DNA of 64,000 nucleotides. Origin: Eukaryota sp. TZLM1-RC. Lineage: Eukaryota; Protista; Metamonada: BaSk clade. Under the pieces are notes generated by a model that worked only from the letters and a program-made list of their open reading frames with translations, ran no database searches and had not been told where the DNA came from. The position numbers and the translations under genes were made by a program. Positions 43,911 through 55,200 of this stretch are shown piece after piece (the first letter of the stretch is position 1; the number at the start of each line of letters is the position of its first letter). The DNA lies in NCBI GenBank assembly GCA_040285825.1, contig JAUPSS010000003.1, positions 2,418,001 through 2,482,000 of the forward strand, written 5' to 3'.

Positions 43911-44925
43911 TGGATACGTGTAAGGCGAAAAAATGATTCCAGAATATTTGAATCGACTCATTAAGGACTTCACTAGTGAAACCTTGCTTTTGCACAAACA
44001 GTTTATAAAAGGTAACTACTAGTACCAACTATTCTCATTCTTAAATCTAAATCCAGCGCCACTGAAATCAACGGCAGAAATCCTCAATGAGAAGATATCT
44101 GAAGTCAGTCGAAGCAGGGAATTTCTGTCAAATATTGAAATAATAATTGAAAAAGTTTACTCAGTAAGTCACTGCAGGCATATGTTCAATGGCACTGATG
44201 GTGATGAAGTTTTCATAGTACAGTAAGTGATTTGTTATGACAACGTGTTTGTTTATAGAACTTTAGTTTTCAAGACCATTCGGACCAGAGTTGGACCGGA
44301 AAAGTAGAGTTTCTTCCATTTTTTTTCATTATGACTGGATATTTTGATGTTTATGTCTTCAGCAGGAAATGAACAACCTCAAAACTGTTGAAAGTTCAGT
44401 GTATTTGATTGATTATTGATAGGAAAAGTGTTTTTCTATTATTAGATTATTAATAGATTTTTTATTAGTATTATATATTACATTTTCAATTATCAATTAT
44501 TCTATTTCTATTATCATTTTGGATACATTATTTCTTCAGTATTGAAATCTGAAAAGTCCGACCAGATGTATGGTCTAACCATCCGTCCAACCATTCATTA
44601 CAATGTTTAGTGAACCATTTCAAACCTCCTTATTCAAAATCACGGTGACCAACCACCCATCTGGTTGATCAGACGTATTGTCTTAGTTCGGCCGATCTAG
44701 TTGATTTAATCCAATATTGACTGAAGTTATTTTTTAAAACCAATATCTGGAGACAACGCTTTTTTATTTTATTTTATTCTTATTTAAAAATTTCAGTTTC
44801 ATCTTGTGTTGAAACTGGCGACAGCACAATAGTGTGTGGTAATGAAAGGCCTCAGTATCTGTGTAGTAGATAGTTTTGGTAATTATTCCACACGAAAATT
44901 GATCGTGTATTTATGGAAATTTCCC

Positions 44926-47361
44926 ATGAACATCCAATGCTTTGAATGTAACTCTAGAAAGTCTCTTGTTGCCATAAACGACTCTTATCTTGCTTTGAGC
45001 TATGGTCACTCCATCATCATACACTCACATGTCTCAGACGATACCTTCACCATTGACCTCGCCTCTCCGGCTCTACAGATTGTCTTTTCTTCGCCAAATA
45101 CTCTCTTTACTCTTACTTCCACACATGTCCTTTCCCACACCATCTCCTCCTCTGAAATAACCCCCAACCACTCTATCCTACTGTCCACTATCTTTGCTGC
45201 CCTCCATCCCACCCCCAACCCTTTCTCTTTCAACATCTTCCCTTCACATCCTTCACTACTCTTCCTTTACTCAGACTCTACCATTATCATTATAGATCTC
45301 ATTCACCCTGTACGTATTGCCTCTATTCTCGACTCTCAAACTAATTCGTTTATTACTTCATCTAATCTAATTTTGGATCAAAATCTTTTAATTACTTCTC
45401 ATTCTGACGAGTCTATTTTGATTTGGGACATTTCAAAACCCTGTTTGTTATTTAATTATTTGTTTCCAAAGCCAATTATTTCAGTTAGTTTTGGTTGTAA
45501 TGACAGGTTTTTTGTTTTGACAAATGAAGGAAAAATTCGAATTTTTGAAATTTTAGCTGACAGAGTAGAGCTCACATCAACTGTAGATCTGAATATTTTG
45601 GCAATGGATCATGAAAAGCTCACCGACAAGTTGTCACCCTCAGTTGACATCCCTGTAGCTCTTGCAAAACCTTGGAAAGCTGCTACCACAATAGCTCAAA
45701 ATGATCACGCGATAGATCAAAATGATGACGTGTCATTTGGGAAAATAGAAGACTCTGTTCTCGATTTTCTTTGTATTAATAATTTTATTCCAAATCATTT
45801 TATCGTAATTTATTCCAATTATTTTTATTTATTAAATATTTTGTCAATGTCTATTGTTGATAAAGTAGAATTTCCGTCACAAGTCGTCCCCATTTCTTTT
45901 TTCAAATGTTATTTAAAAGAAAATTATTTAATTATAGCGTCTATTTCAATGACAAAAAGAGATTTGATTGATTTGTTCAAGGTTGATCTTGACATCTGTC
46001 AGTCAAAAATTTCAAATACATCAGCGCGTGTCACGAAATTTTCACCAAATGAATTGAGCTCAACTACATCATTACTTTCGATTACCCCACCACCCTTAAA
46101 ACAAATATCTCAACCTCCACGACCTATGCCACGTCATCGCCTCATAAATGCAGTTCAAAATGCTGGAAGAGTGAGCTCTTCGCGTCGAAATGAGAAGAGC
46201 TCACAGCCTCAAAATTTCCCAGTTGCCTTGAGAACAGGGAAAGTTAAAAGCAGCGGTTATGCTCAGCCTATCACCAAAAATAAGGTCAAAAATAAGGTCA
46301 AAAATAAGGTCAAAAATGTCGAGTCTTTCAAGGACCGGATTACCTATTCAGATGTAGATCATGGAGAATTTATTTTTTTGTATAATTTACCAGATTCCAG
46401 TAGTTATTTAAGAATTTTACCCTTTTCTGGAAATTCAAACTTGATTTCGTTATTATCTGATGGTTCAATCAATTTTAATTGTTTGAGAAAAAAGGAAAGT
46501 AATTGCCAATCATTTGTAGTTAATCAATCAATTTTGACTGACATGACGACACGTGTTGATCCTCAGAGTCCTGATTTGTCTTGTTTCAACTCTGAAATTT
46601 TAGGTTCCTGTTTAAACGGAAAATTTCATTTATTTGAACTGGACCAAAATTCCACGTCATCAGTCAAGAATTCTATGAAAATTTCTTCTCCATCTGTCAA
46701 ATTTTCCATGAGCTCGTTTATTAGCTCAAACGTTGTTGCTTTGGGCTCAACCAATATTTTAAATTTTTATTCTTTTTCTTTGGGATCTTGGGTTTCTGAC
46801 TTAAATAAGTTGGTTAACAGAAGCAATTCGCGAAATATTCATGAAACCAAATTTTCTTCAAATATTTCAGCTATTGCCACGTGGCCACGCCTCCAATCAA
46901 ATATGATGGTCATAGCAAACACTAATAAAGAACTAACTCTTTTTGATCTTCACACCTGTCAACACGTGTCAACGATCCCTTCTTGTCACTCACGAAATGT
47001 TTGCTCTATTTCCATCAATGACGGATATGGGAACTCTTGCCAACCAAATATCTTTGCAACCTCTGCCCCTGATTCATCCATCCGGTTATTCGACATTCGA
47101 ACCAATCAATGTAACCTTTTCCTCAATGCTCATCGTGCTAAAACTGGCTCTCCTCAAGTTAGCCTTGATCCTCTACATAGATTCATTTGCGTGGGGGGTG
47201 ATGATGCAGCTTGTGTTTATGATGTAAGAAATGGAAAAAAGGTTTTGAATCTACGAGCTAATAGACAACCAACTGTATTGACCAGTGCTTGTTGTTTTGG
47301 ACTTGGTGGTTCTTTGGTGTGTTCCGGTTCAGATAGTTTAAATGTATTTGGATTTAAGTAA
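44926..47361 (+). CDS. WDR27: WD40-repeat protein, WDR27-like (811 aa)
   Basis: Two WD40 blocks; linker PV...GKVKSSGYA and C-terminal FATSAPDSSIRLFDIRT..C...AH...P..RFICVG.DD..CVYD recall WDR27. Confidence 0.72.
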   Translation: MNIQCFECNSRKSLVAINDSYLALSYGHSIIIHSHVSDDTFTIDLASPALQIVFSSPNTLFTLTSTHVLSHTISSSEITPNHSILLSTIFAALHPTPNPFSFNIFPSHPSLLFLYSDSTIIIIDLIHPVRIASILDSQTNSFITSSNLILDQNLLITSHSDESILIWDISKPCLLFNYLFPKPIISVSFGCNDRFFVLTNEGKIRIFEILADRVELTSTVDLNILAMDHEKLTDKLSPSVDIPVALAKPWKAATTIAQNDHAIDQNDDVSFGKIEDSVLDFLCINNFIPNHFIVIYSNYFYLLNILSMSIVDKVEFPSQVVPISFFKCYLKENYLIIASISMTKRDLIDLFKVDLDICQSKISNTSARVTKFSPNELSSTTSLLSITPPPLKQISQPPRPMPRHRLINAVQNAGRVSSSRRNEKSSQPQNFPVALRTGKVKSSGYAQPITKNKVKNKVKNKVKNVESFKDRITYSDVDHGEFIFLYNLPDSSSYLRILPFSGNSNLISLLSDGSINFNCLRKKESNCQSFVVNQSILTDMTTRVDPQSPDLSCFNSEILGSCLNGKFHLFELDQNSTSSVKNSMKISSPSVKFSMSSFISSNVVALGSTNILNFYSFSLGSWVSDLNKLVNRSNSRNIHETKFSSNISAIATWPRLQSNMMVIANTNKELTLFDLHTCQHVSTIPSCHSRNVCSISINDGYGNSCQPNIFATSAPDSSIRLFDIRTNQCNLFLNAHRAKTGSPQVSLDPLHRFICVGGDDAACVYDVRNGKKVLNLRANRQPTVLTSACCFGLGGSLVCSGSDSLNVFGFK

Positions 47362-47630
47362 GTTTTTGGGTTTATTTGGTATATTCTTTTAGGAATTTCT
47401 TTCATTCGAAAATTCTTTCTTAACTTTTTCTCATCAATTTATTTCTGTTGTCAATTTAAGCAAGAAATTTTCATCTTTGAAATTTTCATCTTTGACTGTT
47501 GGTCAGTTAAGATAAGATAAGTCTAACTTCTTTTTAACTATTTTTTGATTTTTACGTGATTCAATTATATCAAGAATAGACCGGGAATTTTTGCCCAAAA
47601 TGAATAAAAACTACATATGTTACTTATGCG

Positions 47631-48150
47631 TATTATCTCGTGTTACATAGGTACATTATCTCGTGTTACATAGGTACATTATCACGTGTTACTCGTTTTG
47701 TCCAGCTAGATTTCATTAAGTAGATTTCATTATCACGTGTTACTCCTTTTGTCCAACTAGATTTCATTAAGTAGATTTCATTATCACGTTTTGTCCAACT
47801 AGGTTTCATTAAGTAGATTTCATTATCACGTGTTACCTAGCTAGATTTCAATTAACTAGATTTCAATAAAGTAGGTTTCAATTAACTAGATTTCTATAAA
47901 GTAGGTTTCAACGTTTCCCAAAAATGAGAAAAGTAGGTTTCAATGAATTTCAAAATTAAAAAGTAGGTTCCAATGAATTTCAAATTTAAGAAGTAGGTTT
48001 CAATGAACTTCAGATGAATTAACAGATTTTAATTTTGACTTTATGATAATAGTTAGTTAGATTTCAATGAACTTCGACTGAATTAACAGATTTTAATTTT
48101 GACTTTATGATAATAGTTAGTTAGATTTCAATTAACAGATTTCAATGAAT
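47631..48150. repeat. Complex tandem repeat array built around a TAG(A/G)TTTCA core
   Basis: At least 15 core copies embedded in successive 23-, ~51-, 14-, ~30- and ~60-bp units; ATCACGTG motifs in the left part. Confidence 0.9.
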
Positions 48151-48182
48151 TTCATCAAATGTAATTAATTTAGTTTTAATAA

Positions 48183-48695
48183 ATGAGTTTTACTAAAATC
48201 ACTGTCAAAGCGATTAGAAAAAAGATTGGTCTTAGTAGACAATGTACTATGCAGAATTTTTTCGAAAACAATCCAGAAGGAACCTATCAAATAGAAGGAT
48301 TAGAATTTATTCGAATTAAAAAGGGGAATAAAGTAAATTATTTATATCGAACTATTACGGATGAACCTCAAGATTATCCACAGGAAGTTGAAGTTGAAAT
48401 TGATTATCAACAAGAACTAAAAGAATATGATGAAGAAAATATTAGACTGCATAAAGAAAATGAGAGTTTGAGAGAAGACTTAAAGAAAAGTCTAGCATTA
48501 AAACCAAAGACTGTTGAAGTTGAAAAGATAGTTGAAAAAGAAGTTCCAGTCGAAGACGAAAAGATAGTTGAAAAAGAAGTTGAAGTCGAAAAGATAGTTG
48601 AAGTTCCAGTCGAAAAGATAGTTGAAGTTGAAAAGATAGTTTATATAAATCGTTCAGATTTTTCATATCAACCACTTATTTTTGAAGAAGATTAG
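48183..48695 (+). CDS. Element-encoded orphan protein with coiled coil and VEKIVE(V/K) repeats; probably originally extended to 48787
   Basis: 170-aa ORF; GAAGAAGATTA repeated twice at the stop shifts off a frame reading YDVHYGSDRTYREKETVIEDFGDFIRF*. Confidence 0.7.
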   Translation: MSFTKITVKAIRKKIGLSRQCTMQNFFENNPEGTYQIEGLEFIRIKKGNKVNYLYRTITDEPQDYPQEVEVEIDYQQELKEYDEENIRLHKENESLREDLKKSLALKPKTVEVEKIVEKEVPVEDEKIVEKEVEVEKIVEVPVEKIVEVEKIVYINRSDFSYQPLIFEED

Positions 48696-48884
48696 AAGAA
48701 GATTATGATGTACATTATGGTTCAGATAGAACTTACCGAGAAAAAGAAACTGTGATAGAAGATTTCGGTGATTTTATTAGATTTTAAAGTATTAAAGGTA
48801 GAATTCAACATCAGTTTGACCAAATGTAATAAAGGTAGAATTCATCATCAATTTGACCAAATGTAATAAAATTAGGTATTAAAA

Positions 48885-49325
48885 ATGCCTTATCAATCAG
48901 GAATATTTGAACAGAAAAACTTTATCATTGCTAATGTCAATTATCTTGGAACGAGAATTAAAGCATCAGACATTGTGAAACAATATGGTCAATCAGCCTA
49001 TAATAAGATTAACAAAAATTTTGAAAATATTTATTCTTTAGGAACGATTTATCGTTTCGGTTCCTCAATCTTTACTGCCATTCCATCAGGAGTGAAAACA
49101 AGAGAGAAAATTTATTATGTTTTAGAGGAAGGTGAAGAGATTGATAGTGAGGAAGCTACTTATGCTGAACGATATGAATTTATTAAAGAACAAATGGAAA
49201 AGACAATTGAATTTCTTCATTTCTTGAAAAAGGTGTCAAAAGAAAAAGAGATTGACTTAATTGATGGACATTTGAATGAATTTAAAAGAACTATTAGAAA
49301 TATTCCAAAGCTTCCCAAAAAATGA
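48885..49325 (+). CDS. Element-encoded orphan protein (146 aa)
   Basis: ATG-initiated ORF sharing an upstream motif with 48183; converges on the PolB 3' end. Confidence 0.7.
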   Translation: MPYQSGIFEQKNFIIANVNYLGTRIKASDIVKQYGQSAYNKINKNFENIYSLGTIYRFGSSIFTAIPSGVKTREKIYYVLEEGEEIDSEEATYAERYEFIKEQMEKTIEFLHFLKKVSKEKEIDLIDGHLNEFKRTIRNIPKLPKK

Positions 49326-49429
49326 AATTTTTCATCAAAAATGATTTCTCCAAAAATGAATTTTTTTCTCCAAAGAATGAAATTTTCAACAAAAAATAAT
49401 TTTTATTCATTATTTATTTTTTTAATTTT

Positions 49430-51453
49430 TCAAATTTTTACTTTTCTAATGATATGTTTGTTGGTAGATACTTCATATTTTTCATATTTAAAATTACCAG
49501 ATAAATCAAATTCAATCTCTTTTCCATCATAAAGCGAATTCCATAATTGATAAAATCCTAATTTGTTAATTTTTATTTCTCTAGCTTTTTCAGATATTCC
49601 TTTCAACCGTTGATGTTGTTCTTCATTTTCATCTTCAATCACATAATAACCATTAATAGTTTCAATGTTGGGAAGTCCCTCCTCATCTTTTCCTAATGAT
49701 TTCATTCCGACTAGAACATCAGTGTAAATTTTCTTTCCTAAAATAATTGATGTGATGGCTCCAGCCTCACCTTTTCCACTATATTTGAAATCAGTATGAA
49801 ACTGTCCCATTTCTTTTCCAACTAATTTTCTTTTATAAGTTTCTTGATATTTTTTAGTTAGTTGTGAAAACTTAATATGCATACTATCAGTGTCAAGATA
49901 AGTAGGATAAATTCCTAAATCATCAGCCAAGCAAATGACTTCATTCATTATTCTTTTAGACATTGATAAGATATGAACTCCACAATGAGCAGAATTTTGA
50001 TGAGAGAAAGTACCATCTCTTATTTTGAATAATGTTCTTGGAATTTTTTCTCCTTTATCATCTTTTAAATCTGATGACATTTCTTGCCAACTAACAATCC
50101 TTCCATAATTTTCAGTTAAGAATTCATCAAAATCTCCATCAAAAATGAGATTATGTTTATCATTTGGTTTTAGAATAGTCTTTCCATAAGCAGCATTCAT
50201 CAATAATTTATAGACTTGTTCAAGAGGATTTTCATCTTTCTTCTTTTCCTTTCTAGTCTCAAACATCTTATTAACAATTTCACAAACTTTATCATTATAT
50301 CCATTCCAGTAAACACCTCTAATGAATTCAAATTCAATTTCGTGATACTTAATGAAATCTTCAAGAGCAATTTTATCAACAGTCACTGTGATTGAGTTTT
50401 CTAATTCAGAAGAACCAACCCACTCTCTATTTACATTATTTTTCTTAACAGCAATTAAAGGATGAGCTCTAGTCTTGTTAATTTTAGTAATCTTAATCTC
50501 AGCAATAAAGTATAAATGACCTTTAAGAATATCATTCAATTCATCTTTAGAATTAATGAAACTAGCCAAACCTGTTGGATAACCATTCACTCTAACAATA
50601 GCAGAGGGATATAAAGAAACTGCATCAAAATCACTAATGAAATCATTGATAATTTTTTTGTTATCGATATCTTTTTTTGTTGCTTGGAAATAATGTTTCT
50701 CATTTAGAAGAGATAATACTCTTCCACCTACAATAGCTTGAGAATAAAACTCTCTTAAAGAACCGTGAACTTTAGAAACCTTATCAAAAGCTCCAAACTT
50801 ATCCATAATTCTATGAGATAAAGATGAAATAGTTAATGAATTCCATATTTCTATTTCCATTTTCTATTATTTAAAATTTCGTTATTGAATATGTTAAGTC
50901 CATCTTCTAAAACAGTAACATCTCTATTATTATAATAACGACAATAATCCTTTGCATTGAAAGTTCTACCGAAATTATAGTTTTGAATAAATTCTCTTCT
51001 TTTATTTTCAGGAACAAAATTAGCTACATAATTCAAATCGTTTGAAATCGTTTCATCTTGAAATAATAGATTATAATATTCATAAGGGTAAATTTCTTTT
51101 GCTTCTTTTAATCCAAACATTTTAGGAAACTTTCGAAGAGGTTCTGGTATCATTTTATAACTGTCGCTAAATTCAATTCTTCTTCCTCTATTTACTCCAC
51201 GAATGGAATAAACTTGACCATCTTTTTCAACTAATTCGACATATTTTAAATGGTTCAGTAAGAAGCTAATATCATATTTAAGATTATGGAAATAAACCAC
51301 TAATTTGGTTTTATGTTTCGGAAGTAATGATAATTTCTTTAAGAAGACATCAACACACTGTCTTCCAAAATACAAAGAAATACAAGAAATACACTTGTCT
51401 GCTGTACATAATAAACTATGTTTTATTTTTTCAAAGTTGTCTTTGGGATGCAT
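49430..51453 (-). pseudogene. polB: Protein-primed family B DNA polymerase, frameshifted near 50855 and 5'-truncated
   Basis: ExoII YFHNLKYD, DSYKMIP..L..FP..FGL, ExoIII Y...DV.VL, motif A DFDAVSLYPSA, motif B KLLMNAAYGK, motif C YLDTDS, KKIY, KG. Confidence 0.93.
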
Positions 51454-51789
51454 AAAACAATGACTCTTTTTCCAACAATCACTGCTGTTAATAGGCTCTA
51501 GTCTAATCTTCTGAACTAAATCGTCACAGTTTCGAAATATTATCGCAACTTTATTTGATATATTATTGATTTATAAAACAAGCTTCTGCAAAGAAGTTTT
51601 AAAACAATAGAATATTTTTGGTGGATAATCACAACCAATTTCCCTTTTTTATATTTGACAGACCAGTTACCATTGTACAATTATGAATTTCAAGGTACCT
51701 TTCATAACATTAAAGAAACAACGAATCTTTGTGAAACAAATATAAAATTGTATTCTTCGACTGTAGTGAAAGCAGATGACAATGTTGGA

Positions 51790-51837
51790 GGAGGTAGACC
51801 AGGGTGGAGGTAGACCAGGGTGGAGGTAGACCAGGGT
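51790..51837. repeat. Perfect 16-bp x3 tandem repeat GGAGGTAGACCAGGGT
   Basis: Three identical units read directly from the sequence. Confidence 0.95.
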
Positions 51838-52263
51838 ATTTGTTTAAATGCACAAGATAGGTTTAGAAGAAGAGGAACAAAAACATCTAAAGCTGAATTA
51901 GTTGATTAAATAGTCGTTTTCTTCCAGTCTTCACAAACAAAGCCCAAAATATATCTTGAAGTAAAACGAAGAACTCTCCTTTACACTAGGGTTACAACTA
52001 TAGTAAGTAAGAACACACTATTAGGACACAATTAGGAACAATAATCACCAGAATGCAAACCAACAAAATCAATATTCCAGACGTAATTGTAAAAGCAAAG
52101 TAAGAACATAGATTAACCCAGTGTTATGTAATAAGTCTGTTTGTAATCCCCCTTTTACTCTTTACTGTGGTGATAAAGTAGTTTTAAAGACAAATCCAAT
52201 GAATTTGCTTAAATAATATCCTCAAAACACTTTGTCTCACGTTTCACATTTCCCGTTCTTTTA

Positions 52264-55200
52264 ATGTCCAGGCCGCTCCTCTTCAAGGACCCTGTTGAAC
52301 TTCCACTTCCACCTCAACGTGCGCCTTCTTTGTTATGGAAACTCCTTCTTTTCTTTCTTAACCTCTTTCTTCTTCCTTTGTCCTTTCTACGTTCACCAAA
52401 ACGTACTCAACAGCGTCACTTCTTCTCAACCTCCTCTGGACTCTTCTATCATTTTCACAAGTCTATCCATACCATTACTTCTTCATCACCTACCATTACC
52501 TTCTCCTCTCCCGTTCTCTCTCTATGTGTACACAACAACTACGTTTTTGTTGTCACAAAGTCATTTATCTTTTGTTTACACCAATCAGATTTCTCTATCA
52601 AATACAAGGTCAAAACTCCGAGAAAACTCAAGACCTGCCAGCAAGTGATGACGTGGCGTGACGACAGAATTGTTATTTTTACCTCCAACAACATTGGATT
52701 CTTTCAAGTGACTGAAGACGATCTTTTATTATCAAACATCATCAAACTTTCACATGTGGCGGTCACGTTTACAACTGACTGTGATCACGTCATGGCAGTC
52801 GGACCTTCCTTTTGTGATTCAATCCATCATTTTAATTTGACCATCATTGACTATGATTATAATCAAAAAACAATGTCCACGTGTCAAGATTTATGCAGAC
52901 GGTCAAAAACCCTCGTGCTTCCATCAAAATTGATTAGTTTCCAAAATTTTATAGTTTTATTTTTTTCAAATGGTAATTCTATTAAAATTGAAATTGAAAA
53001 TGATCTACTCCTCACCCACTCGATTCCTGTTCAACTGACCTCAATGGATCATTTGGAGGACCATGTCATTTGCGGTCTCCAAAAGTCAAGCAATCAGGTC
53101 ATCCTTTTTGACCTTCAATCAAATTTGATTGTTGATAAGTTTGATGATTGTTATGAGCAAGTGAGGGTTTTGTGCTTGCCGAGCTCTACTGTTGAGAGAC
53201 AATCAATTTTGATAGTTTCCGATGATCATAGTCCAATCATTTTTGACCGTGTTGACGAATCTGAAGCTGTCAAACAGGCAGTTTCCGAAGATAATTTCAA
53301 TTTGGCTTACCAAATATGTGAATCCTTTGAGTTGACCATGCTTCGACAGTGGGTCATTATTCAAGAGTTTTTTGATCTTGTGACACGTCATCAATACAGA
53401 AATTTGGAAGAGTTGATCTCTGTTCACTTGTCACGAAATGTTGACACTGCTGAGATTGTAAAAGAGATCAATCTCGAAAAATTTCACACAATTGACGAAA
53501 TTTTGATATTTTTGAAATTTTTGTCTGATCGTCTTGCCTCTGATGATGACGTTACCGACAGTCAAGTACCCTTTCCTCTCAATCAAGAAGTCAATCTATT
53601 TGATTGGGTTGGACATGTTATCACGAGAGCTGAAATTTTTAATGATCTCTATTCTGACGATTACACATTTGAAACATTCAAATCTTTTTGTCAGGTTTCA
53701 GAGTCTGAGCTTTTTTCCAAAATTTCAGCGAATTTTTCATTACCCTCCATTGAAATATTCATCAAAAGTTTCAATTTTACTACACAAATGAGGAAAGAGT
53801 TGTTAACTTCCTTTTCAGCTCATATTGATGACGTGTCAGCTGACGTTTTTGACCGACTTTTGACCCTTATTGACTCTCCAATGAATTTTGTCCATGATTT
53901 ATTAAATTCAAATTCAAGTCAATTTTTGAAAAAAATACTAGACATTCTTCCAAATTTTTGTAAAGAAGACGAACAACTTCAATCGAAAATTGTGTCACTT
54001 AATGAATATTTCGACCTTTTGCCCAACTCTGAGCTCTTTTTTTCTGATTTTTGTCGTTTCTCCGTGCAAGAAAAGATAAAATTAGCTTTTCAACAACAGT
54101 CTGTTGATTTTTTGATTGATTACATTGATTTTGACCAATTAAAGTCACTTGTTCCTTCCTATTTGAGCCAAGAAATTCAATCTGTCAATAAGGAAGAATT
54201 TTTCGAAATATTGAAGTATTTCTCTACTACAAAAATTTTTGTTCATTTTTCGACAGAAGTTACTGATCTCGTCAATGAAATTCTTGATTTTTGGTCCAAT
54301 CAAATTGACGATGTTATGATTGATTGTTTAATTACCGTATTAAGCAAGATTGAATCCAAAAGGACTACGATGTTGATGGAAAATCTATCACTCTGTGAGC
54401 TCTTTGTGTTAAATAATGTCAAATTTTCCTATGTGGACATCCTCAATATTTCAAAACGATCCCAATTGATTCGTACTACCTTGAATTGCGTTGACTCTCC
54501 AACAGTTTTATTGTCCTGGGTTGTTTCTTTAAATAATGGAAGATTATTGAATATTATTTTAAATGATTTAATCTTTATCTTTATTACTAAAGGATGGGGT
54601 AGTTTTCTACTGGAAAATGGAAAAATTTTGGAAGATGCTTTAGCTGATACCAAAACGAGCTCTTCTTGTAAAGTTGATATTCTGACACGTGTACATGAGC
54701 TGTTCGTGACCTCTATTTATGAACTATGCTCTTCTACCAAATTTTCATTGACACCGTCTCAAATTGAACTCTTTTCGACCATTGAAACTGATATATCTGA
54801 AATATTCAAATGTTCAAATCTGACCAAAGAATCTCTGTTTTTGTCATTTGTCCGATCACATCAATCAGATTTGATTGATTGGGAAAAGTGTCAAAACGAG
54901 TTGACTTTAAGCGACCTTCGCCAAGATTCTACCTTGCTATGTTCCTTTTGTTGCCACTTGGTTTTGAAAAAATCCAATCGAAATTTTGATCGCTCTTTTT
55001 CTAATAAAATGCTGAAATTCTTGACTGATATCTCCTTGTCAATCACTTTTCCAATCATTTTTGATCATTTTGCATGTACACTTTTACCACCATTACTTTA
55101 TAACAAAAAGCCTGAAATTTTTGCCGATGCTTGGGAATATTTCATGACTTGTAGTCTTTCAAAGTCTGATGACGTTGACAGATGTCAAATTTGTTATGTC

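Larger units (their letters stand above)
47630..51460. mobile_element. Polinton/Maverick- or virus-like endogenous element fragment; boundaries approximate
   Basis: Protein-primed PolB, two intronless orphan ORFs and a complex repeat array; visibly more AT-rich than flanking genes; no integrase, ATPase or capsid gene seen. Confidence 0.8.

Noticed and set aside
44263-44745. Possible old MITE with GGACC/CGACC motifs between the TRIM-like and WDR27 genes
   Set aside because: No convincing TIR pair or TSD could be defined
46277-46317. 12-bp tandem repeat AAAAATAAGGTC
   Set aside because: Ordinary in-frame KNKV low-complexity repeat in the WDR27 linker
47631-48150. Possible CRISPR array
   Set aside because: Sequences between the cores are themselves repeated, unit length varies, no cas genes are present, and the context is eukaryotic
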